64,000 bases of DNA. Source: Promethearchaeota archaeon. GTDB lineage: Archaea; Asgardarchaeota; Lokiarchaeia; Sigyniarchaeales; SOKP01. The stretch is taken from positions 17,055 to 81,054 of the forward strand of contig JBHLLU010000015.1 in the NCBI GenBank assembly GCA_048938895.1. Direction: 5' to 3'. The notes under the pieces are model-generated. The model saw nothing but the letters and a program-made list of their open reading frames with translations. It did not search any database and was not told the origin of the DNA. The translations under genes were made by a program, and so were the position numbers. Shown one piece after another: positions 19,121 to 28,861 of the stretch. Numbering within the stretch: position 1 is the first letter of the stretch; the number at the start of each line of letters is the position of its first letter.

Positions 19121-19831
19121 ATGCCAGAAGATGAAAAGAAACCTACCAATGCAATTTTTAAAGTCCCTACGTGTCATAATTGCGATAGTCTTAATTTTTG
19201 TACTGTAGGAAACCCTAATACTGGAAAACAAGATTGTCCAATGGTTGTAACTCCAGAAATTGTGGAAGAAGTAATGAAACTTTATAAAACAGATGAATTT
19301 GTGAAAAAGTCAACTAGTGTAGCATCAATAGTGGAAGCTCAAGGATATATACACTGGCCCCGTTTAAAAGATACTATAGAATATGCGAAAGGTATGGGAT
19401 TTAAAAAGTTAGGATTAGCATTTTGTGTTGGTTTAAGAAGAGAAGCTAAAAAAACTGCTGATATTTTAACCAATTATGGATTTGAAGTATGCTCTGTTTG
19501 TTGTAAAACTGAATCAGTTAAAAAAACAGACGTTGATGTCCCCAAAGAATTTACAATGGTATCAAAGACGGGATACCCAATAGGTATCATGACCTGTAAT
19601 CCCGCAGCCCAAGCTTTAATACTCAATAAAGCAAAAACTGAGATGAATATTATAGTAGGGTTATGCGTTGGGCATGATATTACCTTTACTCATCTTTCTA
19701 AAGCACCTGTAACAACTCTGATTGCTAAAGATAGAGCTAATCCTCATAATCCCGCGGCAGTATTATACACTCATTATGGAGAATCATTTTTTTCAAGAGA
19801 TTTAAGAAAACTTCAAACTGAAAATAAGTAA
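19121..19831 (+). CDS. DUF1847 family Cys-rich protein
   Basis: KKLGLAFCVGL, SVCCK, CNPAAQA, GLCVGHD, PVTTLIAKDR..HNP. Confidence 0.88.
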   Translation: MPEDEKKPTNAIFKVPTCHNCDSLNFCTVGNPNTGKQDCPMVVTPEIVEEVMKLYKTDEFVKKSTSVASIVEAQGYIHWPRLKDTIEYAKGMGFKKLGLAFCVGLRREAKKTADILTNYGFEVCSVCCKTESVKKTDVDVPKEFTMVSKTGYPIGIMTCNPAAQALILNKAKTEMNIIVGLCVGHDITFTHLSKAPVTTLIAKDRANPHNPAAVLYTHYGESFFSRDLRKLQTENK

Positions 19832-19964
19832 TAACTGATTAATTTAATTTCATTAATTTTTATTAATTCTTTTCTAATGAAATAAATATAAATATGAATG
19901 TATGAAATTCTACAATAACAATTAGAAAACAGAAAAGTGATAAAAAGTAAAATTACCAGATATT

Positions 19965-21821
19965 GTGAATAATTTAATTAGAAGACTCCCTAAAACACAT
20001 TCTATTTTAAAAGAAATTATTAAAAAAAATTATCAGAATATAAACCTGGATAACTTGAAAGCTTTTACTCTAAAGAGTAATAAAACCAAGCAACAGAAGT
20101 TTTATATACAAGTTATTCAAGATATTCTATCGTCAAATCCAGAATCGTTAGAATTGCTTAAAAATTTAGTTGTATTAAATCCTAATTTGGAAACGAATAT
20201 AGATAGAGCACTTATCGAATCTAGTTTTAAATCAAAGACTATTCGGAAATCTTTTAACGATTTAGTAAATAAGGGGATAATACGAGAAAAACAAGGGAAA
20301 GAAGGATTATTTGAATTAACCTCCCTACATCTTCAAGATGCTTTAAGTACTTTAGCAAGTGAAGAAAACCATAGGCTAGCAATGCAATATTATACAGTAA
20401 AAATTAATAAATATGGAGAAAATCTCACCGATGAAATAGAATTACTTTTCCATAAGGTAAAAATTAAACCAAATGAACAATTAGTCAATGAATTTCTTTC
20501 TATATCTCAATCTTTACAAGAAATTGATAACAAATTTAGAAGACTAATTGATATTGCTGAAGAATTGATCAATCTTGATAATAAATATAAAGCTCCAATT
20601 TTTGTGGTGCTTGGTAACTTATATTCAGCTACAGGAAACTCAGAAGAAGCTGAGAAAGCTTATTTAAACGCATTAAATACTTATAAAACCTTAGCTCAGC
20701 AATATTATAAAATTTATTTGCCTTATATCGCCGCAATTGAAAAGAATTTAGGTACTCTCTATGTTGATTTGAAACGTTTTGAAGAAGCAGAAAAAATATA
20801 TCTAGATGCATTAAAAACCTATAGTGAACTAGAGAAACAGTATTACGATGTATATTCACCTGAAATTGATTCTACACAAAACGACATTGCTTATGGGAAA
20901 ACTGTTGGAGAACAATCATATCTTGATGAATTTGATGCTTATAATCAGTTGATGAAACAATACTATGATGTATATCTACCAGATAAAACTTCTATTCAGA
21001 ATTATTTTGGAAATGTTTGCATTGATTTAGATTTACTTGAGGATATTCAAGATGGAGAAATAGATTCTCCAGACAGTTATAAAAAACTAGCAAAAATGTG
21101 TTATGATATGTCTTTAACTGATGTAGCAACAACTCAGAGCAATCTAGGGGCTACATATTTTGAAGAAGGGAAAATTGAAGCCGCAGAAAAAATGTACCTT
21201 GAATCATTAAATATCAGAAAAAAATTGGCGGAAATCTATCCAGAAAATATCTTACCAGATTTAGCTTTTAATTTTGTAGATCTAGGGGATCTTTATGCCC
21301 ATCAAAATAAATTTAAAGATGCTGAATTAATGTATGATGAAGGATTAAAGATTTCCAAAAGATTAGCTGAAAATAATCCAGAAGTTTATCTATACAACGT
21401 TGCTATTATTCAAAATTGTCTTGGTACTGTTTTTATAAAGCTACAAAAGCTTAAAGAAGCAGAAATAATATATCTTGAAGCATTAGAGATATTTAAAAAA
21501 TTTGCTAAGGAAGATCCAAAAACTTATTCATATGATGTAGCCATTGTTCAAAACAATCTTGGTAATTTATTTATTGTTCTAGAAAAGTATGAAAAAGCGA
21601 ATTATTATCTAAATAAGGCAATAAAAGCAGATCCCTCCAATATTGATATTCTTTATAATAAGGCTTGTCTAGAAGCATTGAGAAATAATCAAATACAAGC
21701 CTTGGAACTTCTAGCGTTTGTAATTAAGTCAGATGAAAGCTATAAAGAACGGATTTTAAAGGATAAAAGGTTTGATAGTATTAAAGAGTTGAAAGAATTT
21801 AAAGATTTAATAGGCAACTAA
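19965..21821 (+). CDS. Tetratricopeptide repeat protein with N-terminal winged-helix-like segment
   Basis: Repeated NLG.LY....F..AE..Y..AL units; C-terminal YNKAC...ALELL...D.RF end motif. Confidence 0.85.
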   Translation: MNNLIRRLPKTHSILKEIIKKNYQNINLDNLKAFTLKSNKTKQQKFYIQVIQDILSSNPESLELLKNLVVLNPNLETNIDRALIESSFKSKTIRKSFNDLVNKGIIREKQGKEGLFELTSLHLQDALSTLASEENHRLAMQYYTVKINKYGENLTDEIELLFHKVKIKPNEQLVNEFLSISQSLQEIDNKFRRLIDIAEELINLDNKYKAPIFVVLGNLYSATGNSEEAEKAYLNALNTYKTLAQQYYKIYLPYIAAIEKNLGTLYVDLKRFEEAEKIYLDALKTYSELEKQYYDVYSPEIDSTQNDIAYGKTVGEQSYLDEFDAYNQLMKQYYDVYLPDKTSIQNYFGNVCIDLDLLEDIQDGEIDSPDSYKKLAKMCYDMSLTDVATTQSNLGATYFEEGKIEAAEKMYLESLNIRKKLAEIYPENILPDLAFNFVDLGDLYAHQNKFKDAELMYDEGLKISKRLAENNPEVYLYNVAIIQNCLGTVFIKLQKLKEAEIIYLEALEIFKKFAKEDPKTYSYDVAIVQNNLGNLFIVLEKYEKANYYLNKAIKADPSNIDILYNKACLEALRNNQIQALELLAFVIKSDESYKERILKDKRFDSIKELKEFKDLIGN

Positions 21822-21966
21822 AATTATCTTTAAGATTCTCTATAATAAAGCTTCTCATCTTTCTTGTAGTAATAAATTTAAATGAACAAATTTTATCCTA
21901 TCAATCATTAGGATTACAATTTATAATTAATAATTTATGTTATTTTAATAATAAGGCTGAGAGATA

Positions 21967-23553
21967 ATGGGAAATTTAAAGGTTCTTATTCTAGATAATC
22001 TTCATAAAGCTAGCATTGACATATTCACTCGGGAGGGGATTCAAGTAGATGTTAAAGGAACAATACCTCCAGAGGAACTTACTGATATTATTGATCATTA
22101 TGATGGTATAGCTCTCCGAGGAGCTACGAATATAAGTGCTCAGATGTTTGATAAAATTACTCGTTTGAAGATTATAGGTCGTGCAGGTTCTGGAACCGAT
22201 AACATTGATACTAAGGCAGCAACAAAAAGTGGCGTTGTTGTAATGAATACACCTGGAGGAAATACTATAACTACGGGAGAACATGCTATTGCTTTAATAT
22301 TTGCTCTTGCCCGTAAAGTACCACAAGCTTCTGCTTCTATGAAGGAAGGAAAATGGGAAAAGAAAAAATTTATAGGTACAGAACTCACTGATAAAATACT
22401 AGGAATTGTGGGTATTGGAAATATAGGAAAAGTTGTTGCTGAACGAGCTTTAGGACTTAAAATGGTCGTCCTCGGATATGATCCTTATGTTTCCAAGGAA
22501 GATATGTTGAAGTTAGGAATAGAACCTACCAATCTTGATGAAATTTATTCTCGATCTGACTTCATTACTTATCATACTCCTCTTACCCCTGAAACAAAGG
22601 GTATGATCAATGCCCAAGCAATTGCAAAGATGAAAAAAGGAGTTTTTCTGATAAATTGTGCAAGAGGGGAATTAATTAATGAGAATGATCTCTTAAGTGC
22701 CCTTGAAACTTCCCATGTTCAAGGAGTTGCACTAGATGTATTCCCCATAGAACCCCCCCCTACAGACAAATTACTATACAAACACCCTAACGTAATTCTT
22801 ACTCCCCACTTAGGTGCTTCAACAAATGAAGCTCAAAAAAAAGTTGCTGTGTTAATTGCTGAACAAATTAGTGATTTACTTAAGAGGGGAGTGATTCGCA
22901 ATTCAATTAATTTTCCGTCTGTCGCGGCTGAATTACTACCTATTTTGCAACCCTACCTTTTTCTTTGCGAGAAATTAGGATCATTTCATGGACAACTTCT
23001 TGAGACCCCACTCAATGAACTTCGTATAGAATATCTAGGGGAAGCTTCAAATCTCCTAATTGAACCACTTACTATCTCTGTTTTGAAGGGTATTCTTCAA
23101 CATCAGACTGAAGAGGTCAATTTAGTAAATGCTCGTATGATAGCTGAAGAGCGGGGAATAAAAGTCACAGAAACCAAGTCAAGAAACGCAGAAAATTACA
23201 CCAGCCTAATTCGTGTAGTTGCGCTAACTGAAAATGGCAAAACTTCAGTATCGGGAACCACTTTTGGAAAAATTTCAAAGATTATAAAAATTAATCTCTT
23301 TCCAATTGAAGCAGAATTGTTAGGAGGAATGTTAATGTTAGAAAATTTAGATGTTCCAGGCGTTGTTGGTCGAGTGGGAACGTTTCTTGGTGAAAGAGAT
23401 ATCAACATAGCAGGATTTCAGTTAGGTCGTAAAGAAATAGGTGGTACAGCAATATCTCTTATTAATGTAGATAATGATGTGTCTGAAGATGTACTACTCC
23501 AACTGACAAAACTGCCTAATGTCACTTCTGCAAAGTATCTAACTTTTAGATAG
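21967..23553 (+). CDS. serA: D-3-phosphoglycerate dehydrogenase (type I, ASB and ACT domains)
   Basis: GRAGSGTDNID, NTPGGN, GIGNIG, INCARG, TPHLGAST; C-terminal ACT domain DVPGVVGRVG...INIA. Confidence 0.95.
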   Translation: MGNLKVLILDNLHKASIDIFTREGIQVDVKGTIPPEELTDIIDHYDGIALRGATNISAQMFDKITRLKIIGRAGSGTDNIDTKAATKSGVVVMNTPGGNTITTGEHAIALIFALARKVPQASASMKEGKWEKKKFIGTELTDKILGIVGIGNIGKVVAERALGLKMVVLGYDPYVSKEDMLKLGIEPTNLDEIYSRSDFITYHTPLTPETKGMINAQAIAKMKKGVFLINCARGELINENDLLSALETSHVQGVALDVFPIEPPPTDKLLYKHPNVILTPHLGASTNEAQKKVAVLIAEQISDLLKRGVIRNSINFPSVAAELLPILQPYLFLCEKLGSFHGQLLETPLNELRIEYLGEASNLLIEPLTISVLKGILQHQTEEVNLVNARMIAEERGIKVTETKSRNAENYTSLIRVVALTENGKTSVSGTTFGKISKIIKINLFPIEAELLGGMLMLENLDVPGVVGRVGTFLGERDINIAGFQLGRKEIGGTAISLINVDNDVSEDVLLQLTKLPNVTSAKYLTFR

Positions 23554-23806
23554 TGAGGTATCTATTAAAGATAATGCAGCAAAAATCTTTATAGATTCTA
23601 CTTTAATCTCCTAATTTTTAGAATTTAACTTTTATACTACCAAGTATCCAAGTTCATAATTAGTTTGCTTTATTTATAATAGACAAGATATATTTATAAG
23701 ACAAAACTCCCCTAAAGACTACCAAGATTAAAGATTTATATATTCGAAACTAATCAGGAGATCATCTGCTATTTTAAAATAAATATTATGTAAATTTTTT
23801 TAAGAA

Positions 23807-24295
23807 ATGTGTACAAAAACTTACTTTAAAGAATATAAAAGAGAAAATCTTGTATTAGACGAATTGAGAAAATTACCAGATCAATTTCTTCTTTTTAAAA
23901 ATGTCTTTTTGCGCTTAAAGTGGCCGGTAACATATACTAAAACTTCTGAAACTATAAAATCATGTCAAATTGATTATGTAGTGATTGGTCCTCCTGGAAT
24001 TGTTATTGTTGAAGCTAAGAAATGGGATGAATCTTTGTTCACAGAATTGATCCCACACAAGGAAACAGATAAAGCAGGATTAATCGTATATATTAAACTC
24101 AAAGCCTACTTTAATAAAAAGATACCGATTTACAATATTGTCGCAACATTAAAAAAAATACCAATTGTTCATTATGGGTTCGTTTATCAACTTTCAGTGT
24201 GGGATTTAACCACATTTATATATGATCAGGAAAGTTTTCTCTCAAAATCGGAAATTCGCCAATTAGGGAAAATTTTTAAAAGAAAATTCAGTTAA
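23807..24295 (+). CDS. NERD-domain (nuclease-related) protein
   Basis: E..V...L, QIDYVVIGPPGIVIVEAKKW (PD-(D/E)xK-like). Confidence 0.82.
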   Translation: MCTKTYFKEYKRENLVLDELRKLPDQFLLFKNVFLRLKWPVTYTKTSETIKSCQIDYVVIGPPGIVIVEAKKWDESLFTELIPHKETDKAGLIVYIKLKAYFNKKIPIYNIVATLKKIPIVHYGFVYQLSVWDLTTFIYDQESFLSKSEIRQLGKIFKRKFS

Positions 24296-24336
24296 AGCAT
24301 TTTCTGTATGTTATTAAATCAAAAATATTTGATTAG

Positions 24337-26490
24337 TTATATTAATTCCATTTTTTCTTCACAATACGGACAATGTAGAGGAAGTTGTTCCTCACAAGTT
24401 TCCAATTCATCATTGTTAATAATATTTTTCCAACAAACCAATTTATCTCCTTTTTGAACCATGTCACGACCATGATGTTGTGGAATAATATTCTTAGTTT
24501 GGCAATTTTCACAAATTATTAATTTAGCTTTATTTTCTATCTCTTCTTGAGGGATTTCTTTGTATTGGAACTTATATCTAAATATCGTCATGCTATTGAG
24601 CATAATAGCGAGACTTAAACCCATATCTCCAATTCCTACTGCAAACCAGAGGTTCATTAAACCAATAACTGTAAGTATAGCAAAGGAAACTTTAATTATA
24701 ATAGATACCCAGATGTTTTGTTTAATTTTCTTATTTGTCTTTTTCGAAACGTCAACATATGTAAGAATTTTTTTTAGATCGTCGTTAATTATTATGATAT
24801 CTGCGGTTTCAAGAGTTATATCCGTTGCAGAGGCACCAATTGCTATTCCCAAATCTGAGAGAGCTAAAGCAGGAGCATCATTTATTCCATCACCAACCAT
24901 TGCCACACCTTTATAATCTTCTTTCATTTTCTGGATCTCTTTTAGTTTTTGATCTGGTAATTGTTCCCCATAACTATGATCTATATCTAGGCAGCTTCCT
25001 ATTGAATTGCAAACCCTTTGATTATCACCGGATATTAAAACAGTTTCATATCCTCTTTTCTTTAGACCAGCAATCAGAATTGGTGCTGTAACCCTTAAAA
25101 CATCTCTAATTGAGAGGATTCCAATTAGATTCTTTGAATTTCCTAATAGAATCGGAATAGTACCGGCCTCTTCGATTCCTTTAATATCTTCAATAGGGAG
25201 CTTATACTTAAGTTCTTCAATAAAATTTTTACTTCCTACATAGAATAATTCTCCATTGATTTCCCCTTTTATGCCTTTCCCTTTAATTACCTCAAATTTA
25301 TCTACACTATGAAATGGTAAATTTAGATCTTTTGCCTGTTGAACTATTGTTTTACCAATTGGATGTTCTGATAATGCTTCCAAACTTGCCGCAATACTAA
25401 TAACATCCAATTTTGAAGCACTATTGTATGTAAAAACATCAAATAATTTTAATTTACCTTCAGTGAGAGTACCAGTTTTATCAAAAGCAAATACTTCTAT
25501 ATTTTGGATTTGCTCAATAAATTTATTTCCTTTAACTAGTATCCCTTCTCTTGCTTGTTTCGTTAGGGAAGCGACATTAGCTAATGGAGTAGATAGAGTT
25601 AAGGCACAAGGACAAGAAACAACCAATAAAACTAACCCTCGATAAAACCATTCATAAAAACTTAAATTAAATATGAATGGGATAATCATAACAAAAATTG
25701 AAGATAAAAGAATAATTGGAGTATAGTACTTTGCAAATTTCTCAATGAATTTTTCATTTTTGCTTTTATTTTGCTGAGCAATTTTAACACTCTCAGCGAT
25801 TTGGGCTACAATTGTATTTGTGCTTTCTCGTGTAACTTTTATATCGACAAAGCTATCAGAATTTAAACTTGCAGCAAAAATTTCATTACCTTCTTTTTTA
25901 TACACTGGAACAGACTCACCTGTTATCGCACTTTCATCAAAATATGAGCTTCCCTTTACAATAATTCCATCTAAAGGAACTTTCATTCCTGGTTTAATCC
26001 CTACAATATCATCTATCTGTATCTCCTTAGATGGAACATTTATATACCCTTCTTCTGTTTTTAACAATGCATCATCAGGTGCTAATTCGAGTAATTCTTT
26101 AATTGCATTTCTTGATTTGTCCGCAGTTATTTCTTCTAGTCTTTCCGCAATTGCATACAACAATAAGGCTGTTGCTCCTTCCTGCCCATGAAATATAAAA
26201 AATGCGGCAATAGCGGCTATTAACATTAGTAAATTTGCAGTAATTTTCTTATGTCTCACATCTTCGATTGCCTCTTTTACCACTCCCGAACCTGAAAGAA
26301 AAATAGAAACCATGGCGAGAAATTGGTCAAGAAAAATTAATTTAAAAAAAAATCCGATAAAAATAGATATTGCTAAGATTATTCCTGCTGGTATTAGAAA
26401 ATACCAGAAGTGTTCCTCGAAAAATGATTCTTCCTTATGGTCTTCCCATTCTTCCTCGCAAAAAGATGATGAACATTCTATTGTAGTAAT
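24337..26490 (-). CDS. Heavy-metal P1B-2 type ATPase (ZntA/CadA-like) with C-terminal Cys/His domain; probable ATT start at 26490
   Basis: TGES, CPC, DKTGT, SEHP, GDGIND, TM7 Lys (IIIKV) and TM8 GDMG. The frame stays open 59 codons upstream of the track ATG (26313) and encodes the first TM helix. Confidence 0.9.
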   Translation of the reverse strand: MTTIECSSSFCEEEWEDHKEESFFEEHFWYFLIPAGIILAISIFIGFFFKLIFLDQFLAMVSIFLSGSGVVKEAIEDVRHKKITANLLMLIAAIAAFFIFHGQEGATALLLYAIAERLEEITADKSRNAIKELLELAPDDALLKTEEGYINVPSKEIQIDDIVGIKPGMKVPLDGIIVKGSSYFDESAITGESVPVYKKEGNEIFAASLNSDSFVDIKVTRESTNTIVAQIAESVKIAQQNKSKNEKFIEKFAKYYTPIILLSSIFVMIIPFIFNLSFYEWFYRGLVLLVVSCPCALTLSTPLANVASLTKQAREGILVKGNKFIEQIQNIEVFAFDKTGTLTEGKLKLFDVFTYNSASKLDVISIAASLEALSEHPIGKTIVQQAKDLNLPFHSVDKFEVIKGKGIKGEINGELFYVGSKNFIEELKYKLPIEDIKGIEEAGTIPILLGNSKNLIGILSIRDVLRVTAPILIAGLKKRGYETVLISGDNQRVCNSIGSCLDIDHSYGEQLPDQKLKEIQKMKEDYKGVAMVGDGINDAPALALSDLGIAIGASATDITLETADIIIINDDLKKILTYVDVSKKTNKKIKQNIWVSIIIKVSFAILTVIGLMNLWFAVGIGDMGLSLAIMLNSMTIFRYKFQYKEIPQEEIENKAKLIICENCQTKNIIPQHHGRDMVQKGDKLVCWKNIINNDELETCEEQLPLHCPYCEEKMELI

Positions 26491-26754
26491 CGACTATCAC
26501 CTATGTAAAAGTTATATCTCTTTCAATTAGAATTTACCATTTATATGCTATAAAATCATAAATCTGAGTTGAGTATATATTTAATCATTTTTCAAATATT
26601 TCTTATTTTATATAAAAAGTATTTCTTATTCTAATTACACTCCAATAAAACAAATATATATATCATAAATTCTTTTAAAGCAATCTTACTTCTTAGATGT
26701 TAAGATATCTAAAAAATTTAAATTATGCTTTAGAGGATTAGGCGAAAACCAAGA

Positions 26755-28854
26755 ATGCCTTTCATGCCTGAAGATATGGAAAGTATAATCAAGCTTAATA
26801 ATGAAGGAAAAATTGAAGAGCTACTAAATTTTTTCAGCAATTTTGAAAAGAGAGAGGATTTTTCACAGGAAGATAAACTTAGGTTAAAAATTTATAAGTG
26901 TATATGTTTTCAAGGTTTATCCAGATTAGAAGAAGCTCTTAAACTTTCAGAGGAAGCGTATCAGGAGAGTAAAAAACTGGAAAAACCGCTCATATTAATT
27001 GATGCCATCTTCAATAGATTTATGATTTTGACTGTCCTTGGTCGACGCAAAGGATTTTGGAAAAATGTTGTGGAAGTTGAAAAGATTCTTAAAACTGCTA
27101 TAAAAGCATCTTCTTCTGAAATTAATGAACGGAAAGCACTCTTAAATAACATGAAGGGTCATATTTATCGTTTCGAAGGCCAATTGGTTTCGGCATTAGA
27201 ATGTTTTAAAGAAAGCCTAGCAGTTTTAGAAAAACTAAATCCTCTTGATAATCCCACTTTTTATATTGTACGCGGTACTATAATGATGATTGGATTAGGT
27301 TATCAAACTAAAGGAGAACTAGAACTTGCCTTAAATTACTATAAAAAATGTATCGAATTTCAGAAACCTAATAACTTTTCTTCCAAACTTATAGATGCCA
27401 TATGTTTTAATCAAATAGGTGGGACTTACTTTCAACAAGGTGATATAGATAAGGCGATTGAGCATTCTAAAAGAGGTTTAGAAACGTTAGAAGAATTCTT
27501 ATCTTACAATTATACCGGCTCTGTTTTTGCGTCACTTATATATTATTTCTTGGAGAAAAAAAATCTTGAAAAGGCACAAGAGTACTTGCAACGGTTCCAT
27601 AAGTATATTGAGAAGAGTAAGGGTGATGAGAATTTCCCTTCATACAAACTTGCAAAAGCTTTAATCTTAAAATCGAGCTCTAGAACACGGGATCGGGCTG
27701 AGGCAGAAATTCTTCTAAAAGAAGTCATAGATTTTCCTCTTACAAGAAAAGATACAGATATTAGCGCTAGTATAGATGAAAGTAAAACTGCCCTTATGGT
27801 ACTGTGCGATTTATATCTAAATGAATTACGCTCAACCAATAATTTGAAAATATTGGATGACATTGAACCCCTTATTGAAAAATTACTTGTTCATTTAAAA
27901 AACTCAAACTCTTTCAGAGACCAAGCTTATATATATTTATTAAAAGGACAAATAGCCTTACTCCAGATGAATATGGGAGAAGCTAGGCGTTATTTAACAG
28001 AAGCTCAGAAGATAGCTGAAGACCACAAATTAAACTTATTAGCTCGTGCAATATCGCATGAGCATGATAAATTATTGATGCAAATGGATGCCTGGGAAAA
28101 TATAAAGAAACAAAATATATCATTAAAAGATAAAATGGATTTAATTTCAATAGAAAAAACTGTAGAAATTATACTTCAAAAACGTGGAATTATGTCACCA
28201 GAATTGACCGAGGAGATTCCTACTCTGCTTTTAATAATTACGGAACTTGGTGTCCCAATCCTTTCTAAAATATTTACAAAAGAAAAAAGTTTTAATGAAG
28301 GATTTATTAGCAAATTTTTAACTATGTTTAATACCTTTAGTGAACAAATCTTTTCTGAAGGTATTGATAGGGCTACGTTTGGAGATTACACGTTAGTAAT
28401 GGAACCCATAAACTCTTTTTCTCTGTGTTATGTATTCAAAGGTCAATCATATACTGCAAAGCAAAAATTAACTTCTTTTAGCGAGAAAGTACGAAACAAT
28501 ACACTCTTATGGCAAATTATTAAAGATTTCGATAATAATAATCAAACTATTGGATTGAATAATAATGCTATAGAATCACTGATAACCGAGATTTTCCTTA
28601 GAAAAACAATTAAAATCACAGAAAGTGAAGTCGTAATCCAAAAAGAGAAAAAAATTTGTATAGTGTGTAAAAGCAAAGTGATAAAATATTTCTATGTATG
28701 TGAATGTGGTGCTATTTACTGTGAAAATTGTGCTCGGTCAATTAGTGATTTAGAAAATTTATGTTGGGCTTGTAATATACCAATTGATTATTCAAAACCA
28801 GTCAAATATGTTAAAAAAGAGCTCAAAAACAACGGAAAAAAAAAACGTGAATAA
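26755..28854 (+). CDS. TPR plus longin-like plus C-terminal C4C4 RING-like zinc finger protein
   Basis: TPR units; LLLIITELGVPILSKIF...FSEGIDRATFGDY...CYVFKG (longin-like); CIVC..CEC..CENC..CWAC. Confidence 0.78.
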   Translation: MPFMPEDMESIIKLNNEGKIEELLNFFSNFEKREDFSQEDKLRLKIYKCICFQGLSRLEEALKLSEEAYQESKKLEKPLILIDAIFNRFMILTVLGRRKGFWKNVVEVEKILKTAIKASSSEINERKALLNNMKGHIYRFEGQLVSALECFKESLAVLEKLNPLDNPTFYIVRGTIMMIGLGYQTKGELELALNYYKKCIEFQKPNNFSSKLIDAICFNQIGGTYFQQGDIDKAIEHSKRGLETLEEFLSYNYTGSVFASLIYYFLEKKNLEKAQEYLQRFHKYIEKSKGDENFPSYKLAKALILKSSSRTRDRAEAEILLKEVIDFPLTRKDTDISASIDESKTALMVLCDLYLNELRSTNNLKILDDIEPLIEKLLVHLKNSNSFRDQAYIYLLKGQIALLQMNMGEARRYLTEAQKIAEDHKLNLLARAISHEHDKLLMQMDAWENIKKQNISLKDKMDLISIEKTVEIILQKRGIMSPELTEEIPTLLLIITELGVPILSKIFTKEKSFNEGFISKFLTMFNTFSEQIFSEGIDRATFGDYTLVMEPINSFSLCYVFKGQSYTAKQKLTSFSEKVRNNTLLWQIIKDFDNNNQTIGLNNNAIESLITEIFLRKTIKITESEVVIQKEKKICIVCKSKVIKYFYVCECGAIYCENCARSISDLENLCWACNIPIDYSKPVKYVKKELKNNGKKKRE

Positions 28855-28861
28855 TTTATTT

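Noticed and set aside
23807-24295. NERD nuclease as cognate restriction partner of the methyltransferase at 4235..6166
   Set aside because: About 17.6 kb apart with unrelated genes between; no evidence of linkage.
26312-26530. 72-aa plus-strand ORF
   Set aside because: Antisense to the N-terminal extension of the P1B ATPase.
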